Assembly: GCA_027004185.1 (NCBI GenBank) | Contig: JALTIG010000221.1 | Span: 1-53,916, forward strand | Length of the DNA stretch: 53,916 bases | Reading direction: 5' to 3' | Source: a bacterium | GTDB lineage: Bacteria > Desulfobacterota > S145-22 | Part shown: positions 28,194 to 35,881 of the stretch, in pieces | Numbering within the stretch: the stretch's first letter is position 1 | How the letters are laid out: every line of letters starts with the position of its first letter | Made by a program: the position numbers and the translations under genes | The notes under the pieces: generated by a model | Told to the model about the DNA's origin: nothing | The model's database searches: none | Seen by the model: only the letters and a program-made list of their open reading frames with translations

Positions 28194-28468
28194 GTAAAAT
28201 GCGAAATGTGAAAGGTGAAAAGTTATTAAGTTTTAAGTTGTTAAGTGTTAAGTTTTTTGTGCGGAGATGCGAAAGTACTTGTACAAAGAAAATTGTGGAT
28301 TTCGCATTAATTTGATTTTTGCTGCAATTTTTATACGACCTGTTGGTGGTTCTCACACCAAGTTTCAATTGTTAATCTCCCTTAATGACTTAACTTAACC
28401 ACTTAAAACCTAAAACCTAAAACTTAAAGCTATCCCTTTACCTATTGCCATTCGCCTTTTGCCCTTTT
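28194..28468. repeat. large imperfect inverted repeat (arms ~28194-28255 and ~28388-28468) around a ~130-bp core
   Basis: Four TTAAGT hexamers (28226, 28233, 28241, 28248) are mirrored by four ACTTAA (28388, 28393, 28401, 28422). The outer segments are also reverse-complementary, about 70% identical by eye. The core has its own hairpin: ATGCGAAA 28267-28274 / TTTCGCAT 28300-28307. Confidence 0.8.
28199..28315 (+). CDS. speculative 38-codon small ORF encoding a cationic amphipathic peptide
   Basis: ATG at 28199 is preceded by AAGGAAG (28188-28194). Translation: MRNVKGEKLLSFKLLSVKFFVRRCESTCTKKIVDFALI. Too short for the ORF track. It may simply be a by-product of the repeats. Confidence 0.25.
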   Translation: MRNVKGEKLLSFKLLSVKFFVRRCESTCTKKIVDFALI

Positions 28469-28471
28469 TCC

Positions 28472-29548
28472 TCAGTCCTTTATCCTTACTCCCATCCTTT
28501 CCAAATGTCTCTTTAGGATAGGCGCTACGGCAGTTTCTGTAAAGTCCTGCATACGCTTTTCCCCCCTTGAAACGAGTTGGTTATTCAGCTCCTGGTTCTC
28601 CAGGAGCTCAAGGATCCCTTCAGCGATAGCGGGATAATCCTTTTTGTCAAAGAGAAGTCCCGCGTTTCCAAGGGTTTCTGGAACGGCGGCGGCAGCATAG
28701 GCCACAATGGGAAGGCTGAAGGACATAGCCTCTACAAGGGGCACGCAGAATCCTTCGTGCTCACTCATACAGAGATATATAGAGGCATGGGCATAAATTT
28801 CCGACAGGATATCCAGGGAGAGGTGCCCAGGGAGGGAAACATCCTTCAGCTTCAAGTGTTGAATGAGGGTCTCAAGAGCAGAGACGTACGAACCCATGTC
28901 ATAATGACTTCCCACGAGGAGGAGGCGCAATCTGGGGAGCAATTTTTTGCAAAAATAAAAGACCTTGATGATGTCTTCAAGACGCTTGTTAGGGGCAATA
29001 CGACCCACGTGCAAGAGAGTTGGGAAACGTTTCTTGATAAAGGGAAAGCGGGGGACCCTTTTAAGGCTTCTTTCGTACATTGACACGTCTACGATGATAG
29101 GGAGTACCCCTGTGTTCACGAATCCCATAGTAACCAGTTCTTCCTGGTTGAATGTAGAATCCCCCAGGGCCAGGTGAAACATGCCAGGCAATTGCGACAA
29201 CTTTTGACGACCCTCTTTACACCGTTTCGCGACCTTTTGGTTGACGCCCTCAAAGAATCTGGCTGGCGTGATGTTATGGTAGATAAGTATCTTCTTCTCT
29301 GGAAATTCCCTGATGAAATCGATAAGTTCCGTTCCTGTGGAATAATGGAAGATTATCAGGTTATCTGGGTGATGATAGTACCTATAGTAAAGATAGAATT
29401 CTGCCTTGTTCCAGTACTTAGGATGAATGACCTTGCTGAAGATCCTGGATTCGAAACCCCAGTTTCTAAGGATCCGCTGAATCCCGATGGCGTCATTACC
29501 GATAGCATCCCCGTAACTGAAGTCCGGAACGAACTGATGAATTTCCAT
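28472..29548 (-). CDS. GT-B fold glycosyltransferase (tandem paralogue A)
   Basis: 358 aa with IYHNITPARFFEG and LCMSEHEGFCVPLVEAMSFSLPIV. Collinear similarity to the next gene. Confidence 0.85.
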   Translation of the reverse strand: MEIHQFVPDFSYGDAIGNDAIGIQRILRNWGFESRIFSKVIHPKYWNKAEFYLYYRYYHHPDNLIIFHYSTGTELIDFIREFPEKKILIYHNITPARFFEGVNQKVAKRCKEGRQKLSQLPGMFHLALGDSTFNQEELVTMGFVNTGVLPIIVDVSMYERSLKRVPRFPFIKKRFPTLLHVGRIAPNKRLEDIIKVFYFCKKLLPRLRLLLVGSHYDMGSYVSALETLIQHLKLKDVSLPGHLSLDILSEIYAHASIYLCMSEHEGFCVPLVEAMSFSLPIVAYAAAAVPETLGNAGLLFDKKDYPAIAEGILELLENQELNNQLVSRGEKRMQDFTETAVAPILKRHLERMGVRIKD

Positions 29549-29550
29549 GG

Positions 29551-30618
29551 TCAGTTTCTCATTTCTTCCAAGATGAGAGGTAGAAGCTGTTTGATCTGCT
29601 CAAAAACACTTTCGTAAGTAAATTGAGATGCCCTCGATGCACCTCTTTTTTTGAACTCCTCAAGGAGAGTGTCGTCATTCAGGAGGGTTACAATTCCCTC
29701 GGCCACTTCGTGGAATCTTTTTTCCTCATAGAGGATACCTGCGTTCTGTACAGTTTCTGGGACAGCCCCTGCTGCATAAGCGATGACAGGGCAGCGGGAG
29801 GCCATAGCCTCGATCAGCGGGACGCAGAAGCCCTCGTGCTCGCTCATGCTGAGGTAGACATCACTGGCCCTGTAGAGGGCGGCAAGGTCGGTTGGTGTGA
29901 TGTAGGGGATGATGCGGATAGCATTCCGAAGGTTGAGACGATGGATAAATTCGATGACGGATGCCGTGTAGTTTTCCCACTCCCAGTTTCTTCCCACCAA
30001 GACCATGCGACTTTCTGGTTTGAAACGGTGCACCCAGTAAAATACCTTGACGAGGTCTTCGATCTTCTTGTTGGGGGCCCATTTCCCCACGTGGAGGAGA
30101 GTAATCTTTTCACTCAGATAGTAAAGGCTCCGGATATTCTGGGTGTCCTTCACGTTCGTTTCGACCACGAGGGGCAAAATATCTATTTTAGCATACCCCG
30201 CTGCTTTAAGCTCCTGTTTATTGAAATGTGAAACACCAAGGGCCAGGTCAAAAACCGTCACCGCCTCGGTAAGCTGTTTCCGTCCCCTGCTGCAGGCCTC
30301 GGCCGTTTTTCTGCTGATCCCTTCGAAAAACCAAGCCGGTGTAATATTATGGTAGATCATGACCTTTCGTCCTGGAAGAGATACTAACTCCGACAATAGA
30401 GAGGTAAAGATGGAGAAGTGGAATAGGATGACATCCCGACTTTTAACGCCTGGCAGGCATGTTTTTACATCCCAGATGCCAGAGAGTCCTTCGGGGACAA
30501 TCCTCTGGGCACAGATCTTGGAATCGATCCCCAGCTCGGTGAGCATCCTTTGTATATGCATGGCATGCTGAGAGATGGCATCATACCGGTAAAACTCGGG
30601 GACGATCTGGATGAACAT
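29551..30618 (-). CDS. GT-B fold glycosyltransferase (tandem paralogue B)
   Basis: 355 aa with IYHNITPAWFFEG and LSMSEHEGFCVPLIEAMASRCPVI. Confidence 0.85.
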   Translation of the reverse strand: MFIQIVPEFYRYDAISQHAMHIQRMLTELGIDSKICAQRIVPEGLSGIWDVKTCLPGVKSRDVILFHFSIFTSLLSELVSLPGRKVMIYHNITPAWFFEGISRKTAEACSRGRKQLTEAVTVFDLALGVSHFNKQELKAAGYAKIDILPLVVETNVKDTQNIRSLYYLSEKITLLHVGKWAPNKKIEDLVKVFYWVHRFKPESRMVLVGRNWEWENYTASVIEFIHRLNLRNAIRIIPYITPTDLAALYRASDVYLSMSEHEGFCVPLIEAMASRCPVIAYAAGAVPETVQNAGILYEEKRFHEVAEGIVTLLNDDTLLEEFKKRGASRASQFTYESVFEQIKQLLPLILEEMRN

Positions 30619-30621
30619 GGT

Positions 30622-31806
30622 TCAGACCTCTCCAAAGAAATCGTGGATGGCCTGCTTGTATCGGTCTATGATGACTTTCCATTGGTAGTTCTTGAGGACA
30701 TATCGGCGACCTGCTATGGCCAGTTGTTTTCTTAAGGATTTGTCGCGTAGCAGGAGTATGAGGGTCTCCTCGAATTCCGGATAGTTTTCAAAATAGAGAC
30801 CTCCATTGCTTCGTATACAATGTCCATGGGTGACGGGACAATCAGCATGGACCAAAACCGGTGTTTCTTGGAGCCATGCCTCCATGATAACGATGGAGAA
30901 GCTTTCATTAAGTGAAGGCTGGCAGAGGATGGTAGCGGCTTTGTAGGCATCGATCTTATCCTGGACCGGGATGAACCCGAGGTCGATGACATGAGACTGA
31001 AGAGTATCAGGAATGGCGACTTTCCCGTTTCCAACGAGAACAAGTTTTAGGTCCCCATCATAGGTTTGGGAAAAACGGTGAAAATACTGGATGAGTAAGG
31101 GGGTGTTTTTCCCCTTATCCTTTCGTCCGACATAAAGGATGAAAGGCCCATGGATGCCGTACGTGTCCCTGAAGCGGTCAGCATCACCCTTTACGGAGGT
31201 ATCGAGGCCAATTCCCACAACCCGTTGCCGGTCCGGGTCGAGACAGTAGAGTCGGTTGGCAAGTTCCTTCTCTTCTTCCACGTTGTAGAGGACACCTGCA
31301 CATCTTTCGAAAACCTGTTTAACGTGGGATAAGGTGGCATAGGGCTCATCATGAAGACAGGGAAGCAATAGGGATCGTTCCGGATGAAGAGCCGCGCCGT
31401 AAACGGTGGTAGAAAATAGGTAAGGGATGAAGATAAAGATGTTCGGTCCCTTGTCCAGCCGGATGAATTCCAGCAGGTCATCGGACCGGAGCATCTCCTG
31501 GAAAAAGTAAGTCTCTTCTATTGGGCGTATCTTTTCCTTTCTTAAGAGCCGATCGTTGATATGACCGAAGATGTCCTGGTAGGTCTTTTGGACGGCGAAT
31601 CGGTGAACTGGAACACCTTCCTCCACGTAGGTACCTGGTTCATAGGCATTCTCGGTCCAGTCTGACATGAAGTCCTGAATCGTCGTCGTAAGGACCTCTG
31701 CCTCAATCCCCGCTTCCCGCAGATGGGTCACCGTCCCACTGCATTCAGCTTCCGCCCCACCTGGGATACGGATTCCGTACCAGGGTATGACAAAATACCA
31801 CTTCAT
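30622..31806 (-). CDS. GT-B fold glycosyltransferase
   Basis: 394 aa with CQPSLNESFSIVIMEAWLQETPVL. ATGA overlap with the upstream methyltransferase. Confidence 0.8.
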   Translation of the reverse strand: MKWYFVIPWYGIRIPGGAEAECSGTVTHLREAGIEAEVLTTTIQDFMSDWTENAYEPGTYVEEGVPVHRFAVQKTYQDIFGHINDRLLRKEKIRPIEETYFFQEMLRSDDLLEFIRLDKGPNIFIFIPYLFSTTVYGAALHPERSLLLPCLHDEPYATLSHVKQVFERCAGVLYNVEEEKELANRLYCLDPDRQRVVGIGLDTSVKGDADRFRDTYGIHGPFILYVGRKDKGKNTPLLIQYFHRFSQTYDGDLKLVLVGNGKVAIPDTLQSHVIDLGFIPVQDKIDAYKAATILCQPSLNESFSIVIMEAWLQETPVLVHADCPVTHGHCIRSNGGLYFENYPEFEETLILLLRDKSLRKQLAIAGRRYVLKNYQWKVIIDRYKQAIHDFFGEV

Positions 31807-33131
31807 GAGGAAGGTGCCTCTCCCTTGATGGCCAGGACAGCATAATCCTGAGGGGCATAGAGGAGTTCATTCAATTGCATGAAATTGTCATTCAGGACAT
31901 TGATGAGTTTGTCCGAAATGTCGCCGGTTCTCCGGAAGAAGTCGACCTCCCTCAGTTTCATCTCGTCGGGGATGGAGGAGGTATAGAGGATCTCTGCGGT
32001 CTCAAAACCGATAGCCTTGCATACGAACTGAAGGGTGAGGGGATGGATCGGTTTGACATGTGTCGGATCAAGGTAAAAGGTTCCACTGAAGGTGGTCAGA
32101 CACTGGGGATTGATGGTTTCCAGGAGAAGTTTCCCTCTGGATCCCAGTTTTTGGTGAGCGAGCCTTAATAAGGAGAGGATCTGGGGCCAGGTGAGGTGTT
32201 CCACAACCTGGGCGCAGAAGATACCGTCGTAATGGTCTTCCGGAATATCCGTCAAGTGAGCGATTGCATCACCTTCCAGGGTGTTTAGCCCGAGATTCTG
32301 GCAGTATTGGACCATGGCAGTATTGATGTCGATGCCGATTCCTTCTATTCCGGAATCTCTTAAAAGTTCCAGGAATTCTCCCCGGCCGCACCCGACATCC
32401 AGCACCCTCTTACAGGACTTGAAATGGGGAAGATAACCCCTTTGTCGTTCCTTGATCTGCTCCCGGTTTCCTCGGTGCAGGTCCTCAAAGGCTAAGTAAA
32501 GAGTTTCATCTATCCGGTTACTTTCATCATCCGGCATAGAAGAGGGAGATGATACGGGCGTGACTAAAATCCCTTTGGTGCTTTCCATCAAGGATCTTTC
32601 CCGGATGGATTTCACATCCCGACGCAGATGCCTATGTTGATCCATGGTGCGTACTAATATGTTAAACATCCTTCGTTGGGTTTCCGTAACCTCGTTCAGA
32701 TTCTCCTGGATCCTTGAGAGATAATATTGGTTTGTAGCCAGGTCAAAAATCCTGGCCAGATAGACCTTGAGGTTGTTCAGCGAACGAACGGCTTGGGCGT
32801 TGAATTCCATCTGAGTAGCAAAAAGAATCCTCGTAAGAGGCGAGAGGAGCTTTTGAATCAGCGAGATAATTTTTCCCTTTAATCCTGGATGCGGAATGGG
32901 TTTATGGGGAGTCCAGAGATCATTCAGAGGTGTTAGAAGAGATTCAAAGGATCGGGAAAGGGCCTTGATCTCGTCCAGGAGGTCTTCCATATTGGGACGG
33001 ATGGTAAGTTCCATCTCTTCAACCGTTTTGATTTCATCTTCTGAGATCTCCCCCCTTTCGATCCGTTCCTTAATGCGTTGCTTGATGGTCTTCATCAAGG
33101 ATTGAACATCGAGGGTTTCCGATTTCTGCAT
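31803..33131 (-). CDS. class I SAM-dependent methyltransferase with a ~230-aa helical / coiled-coil N-terminal extension
   Basis: Motif I VLDVGCGRGEFLELL and motif II GIFCAQVVEH lie in the C-terminal half. The N-terminal half is rich in charged, heptad-like helices (IKQRIKERIERGEISEDEIKTVEEMEL). Confidence 0.8.
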   Translation of the reverse strand: MQKSETLDVQSLMKTIKQRIKERIERGEISEDEIKTVEEMELTIRPNMEDLLDEIKALSRSFESLLTPLNDLWTPHKPIPHPGLKGKIISLIQKLLSPLTRILFATQMEFNAQAVRSLNNLKVYLARIFDLATNQYYLSRIQENLNEVTETQRRMFNILVRTMDQHRHLRRDVKSIRERSLMESTKGILVTPVSSPSSMPDDESNRIDETLYLAFEDLHRGNREQIKERQRGYLPHFKSCKRVLDVGCGRGEFLELLRDSGIEGIGIDINTAMVQYCQNLGLNTLEGDAIAHLTDIPEDHYDGIFCAQVVEHLTWPQILSLLRLAHQKLGSRGKLLLETINPQCLTTFSGTFYLDPTHVKPIHPLTLQFVCKAIGFETAEILYTSSIPDEMKLREVDFFRRTGDISDKLINVLNDNFMQLNELLYAPQDYAVLAIKGEAPSS

Positions 33132-33154
33132 AGTCGGTCCTTGGTTACTTTGGG

Positions 33155-34039
33155 TTAGCCAATCAAGCGTTTGTATGCCTCTTCGTATTTATGGGCGGTT
33201 TTTCCGATGATCTCTTCTGGAATAGTGGGGGGCGGTGGGGTCTTGTCCCAGTCCAGGCTGTCTAAGTAGTCCCGTAGAAACTGTTTGTCAAAACTGACCT
33301 GTGTATGGCCTGGCTCGTAGGTCTCGGCTGGCCAGAAACGCGAGGAATCGGGGGTTAAGAGCTCATCGATCAGGATGATTTCACCATTCAAAAGACCGAA
33401 TTCCATCTTGGTATCCGCCACGATTATCCCTCGCTCTTCCGCGATCTTCCTTCCCCGCTCGTAAATGGCCAAGCTGAGATTTCGAAGACGTTCGGACGTC
33501 TCCTTGCCTAGCGTGTTCTCCATCACGGAGAAGGGGATATTCTCATCGTGGGTTCCCTGCTCGGCCTTGGTGGCGGGAGTGAAGATGGGCTCTGGCAGAC
33601 GATCGGCCTCGTGGAGCCCAGATGGAAGTGACACGCCACAAATTGTTTCGGTCTGCTGGTATTCCCTCCATCCCGACCCAGCCAGGTAGCCTCGCACCAC
33701 GCACTCGAAGGGGAAGGGTTGGGCCTTTTTCACCCAGAGACTCCGGCCCCTTAAGGTTTCCCAATAGGGACGACAGGAGCCAGGGAATTCCTTTACGTTC
33801 GCTGAAATAAGGTGACTTGGCACGAGATCTTTGACCTGATCCAGCCAGAAAAGGGTCATTTGCGTAAGGATGATCCCCTTTCTTGGGACGGGCTGGCCCA
33901 TGACAACATCGAAGGCAGAGATTCTGTCCGTCGCAACCATGAGAAGGGAATCCCCCAGGTCATAGATATCCCGGACCTTTCCCCTTGAAAAGAGGGAAAG
34001 GTTGGAAAACTCTGTTTCATAAAGGGCATCTTCAGGCAT
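33155..34039 (-). CDS. purC: phosphoribosylaminoimidazole-succinocarboxamide (SAICAR) synthase
   Basis: 294 aa with LFSRGKVRDIYDLGDSLLMVATDRISAFD and ADTKMEFG motifs. Confidence 0.9.
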   Translation of the reverse strand: MPEDALYETEFSNLSLFSRGKVRDIYDLGDSLLMVATDRISAFDVVMGQPVPRKGIILTQMTLFWLDQVKDLVPSHLISANVKEFPGSCRPYWETLRGRSLWVKKAQPFPFECVVRGYLAGSGWREYQQTETICGVSLPSGLHEADRLPEPIFTPATKAEQGTHDENIPFSVMENTLGKETSERLRNLSLAIYERGRKIAEERGIIVADTKMEFGLLNGEIILIDELLTPDSSRFWPAETYEPGHTQVSFDKQFLRDYLDSLDWDKTPPPPTIPEEIIGKTAHKYEEAYKRLIG

Positions 34040-34054
34040 TATATGGCTCCCATT

Positions 34055-35758
34055 TCAGGATGTGACGCGTAGGGTGCGCATCCGGTTGATGGCCTGGGCG
34101 ACCTCGAGCCTTCGAGGTAAAGCGAGATTCCCGACTCGGTAAGGGAGGAGGATGTCCAGACCGTGCCGGGAAAGGTCATGATAGACAAGGTCAAGGATTT
34201 TGGAGATCGGCGTCTTACCATCCACGTATTTTTGCGCGGCATAGTGAATGAGAATCCCGATGCTGCGTGTTTGGGCGATATCGACGAGTTGCTCTAAGTC
34301 CTGGAGGTCGATTTGAGTCTGACCGAACAGGATTGTAAACAGGCCCTTGGCATCGATTTTGACATCCTTTCTGCCACGAGAAGGATCGAAGGAGTGGCTC
34401 AGAGGGACGCGGTGCCGAACCTCACCAAACATGTTTCCCCCCTCGTGGGTACGCCGGGAAGGGGTGTGTCGGATGATCTCCTTGACCGCCGACGTTACAT
34501 CCTTTGGCTCGTAGGTATCCATCATGATAACCGTGTCGGCCACGTCGAAGTAGTCTCCTGATCCCCCCATGACGAGGATGGTCGAGACACCACGGTCTGT
34601 GTACAGCTGTTTGACCTTGTCCACGAATGGGGTGATGGGTTCTTTCTCCTTGGGGACGAGGTGTTGCATCCGTTCATCGCGGATCATAAAGTTCGTAGCG
34701 GAGGTGTCTTCATCCATCAACAATACGCGGCATCCCGATTCCAAAGCCTCCATAATACCCGTAGCCTGGGAGGTGCTTCCGCTTGCATTCTCGGTGGAAA
34801 ACTGTCCAGTATTCTTCCCGAAAGGCAGATTATGGATGAAGGGGGAGATGTCAACCTTCTCTATATATCTTCCATCCGCTGCCTTGATCTTGATTGCATC
34901 GGGAAGGGTTACTACTTTTTCCCTTCCATCCCCTGGAATGTGATTGTAAACACCCATCTGGAGTGCATTAAGGAGGGTCGATTTTCCATGAAAACCCCCA
35001 CCTACGATCAAAGTGACCCCTTCGGGGATTCCCATCCCGCTTATTTCGCCTGCATGAGGTGTCGATAGGGTAACACGCAAGGATGGAGGGGAGATAAAGG
35101 GGATCCCGGTGGATAGTGGCCGGTCATCTATTCCACTCCTGCGCGGCAAGATCGATTGATCGGCGACGAAGGCGATAAGCCCATGTTGAACGAGGGAATT
35201 CCGCAAGAATTCCTGGTCTCTTACAGAGTGGACAAACAGGGTCAGTTCCCTCCTGGGGATCTCCATGGTTTTCTTGATGATATCTGGTATTTCGCGCATG
35301 AACATGGCTGAAGCTTCATCACCCAGAATCGTGCGCCCTGATGCCGGAAGCCCCATCACGAACCGGAACTCAATCGCGTCGTGTGAGAGAACTACGGCGT
35401 TTCGTTTGAGAACCTTCTGAGTTCCAGCGGCTATTTCGATCAAGCCACTTTTTCCGATCCCCCGCCGACCTTTTATAACCGATGGTTTGATCTGTTTGAA
35501 CCGCCTGCCTAAAAAGTCTTCTACAGCGGTTTTTTCCACCTCTCCCTGGATAAATTCTTCGGGGATTCGGCCTTTGATAGGGACCTTCACGCAGATTCGA
35601 GATGGTGAGGCAAAAGGGTCTCCCTGAACATGATCAATAAAAAGGATAAACTCTGGGAATTGATAGACCCCTTGGATTTCCTTATAACGTTTGTACCCCT
35701 TCCGATCAATCTGTCTTAATTTTTGTGTTAGATCGCTATGGGTTTTTAGTGTCCTCAT
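34055..35758 (-). CDS. ABC-ATPase domain protein of unknown function (COG3044 / PF09818-like)
   Basis: 567 aa with Walker A-like GGGFHGKSTLLNAL and Walker B-like LLMDEDTSATNFM. No TM domain and no transporter partner nearby. Confidence 0.75.
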   Translation of the reverse strand: MRTLKTHSDLTQKLRQIDRKGYKRYKEIQGVYQFPEFILFIDHVQGDPFASPSRICVKVPIKGRIPEEFIQGEVEKTAVEDFLGRRFKQIKPSVIKGRRGIGKSGLIEIAAGTQKVLKRNAVVLSHDAIEFRFVMGLPASGRTILGDEASAMFMREIPDIIKKTMEIPRRELTLFVHSVRDQEFLRNSLVQHGLIAFVADQSILPRRSGIDDRPLSTGIPFISPPSLRVTLSTPHAGEISGMGIPEGVTLIVGGGFHGKSTLLNALQMGVYNHIPGDGREKVVTLPDAIKIKAADGRYIEKVDISPFIHNLPFGKNTGQFSTENASGSTSQATGIMEALESGCRVLLMDEDTSATNFMIRDERMQHLVPKEKEPITPFVDKVKQLYTDRGVSTILVMGGSGDYFDVADTVIMMDTYEPKDVTSAVKEIIRHTPSRRTHEGGNMFGEVRHRVPLSHSFDPSRGRKDVKIDAKGLFTILFGQTQIDLQDLEQLVDIAQTRSIGILIHYAAQKYVDGKTPISKILDLVYHDLSRHGLDILLPYRVGNLALPRRLEVAQAINRMRTLRVTS

Positions 35759-35881
35759 GGGATTGTTGGGGAGTTTTTTATTCTATCAGTCATTTGGACG
35801 GTCATCTTCCACGCTTCCTTTATCTTGAGGTTCTTGACTTGCGGGAGTGTAAAGTAAATGAGGCAATTCCACACTCAGTTC

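Noticed and set aside
28060-28368. 102-aa minus-strand ORF from the ORF track, spanning the GT spacer
   Set aside because: Its translation (…LTLNNLKLNNFSPFTF…QRRKDAKTRF…) is a low-complexity read-out of the hexamer and octamer repeats. It has no SD and runs through the palindromic arms. It is more likely non-coding.
28143-28468. Could the short repeats be a CRISPR array?
   Set aside because: The units are only 6-15 nt, contiguous or irregularly spaced, and arranged as an inverted palindrome. There are no 25-40 nt repeats with unique spacers and no cas genes in the window.
29623-30231. 202-aa plus-strand ORF antisense to a glycosyltransferase. Similar long antisense ORFs occur at 28577-29083, 24511-24861 and 24913-25245.
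   Set aside because: Each lies fully inside a well-supported GT gene on the other strand. They have no motifs and a composition typical of antisense frames in GC-richer coding DNA.
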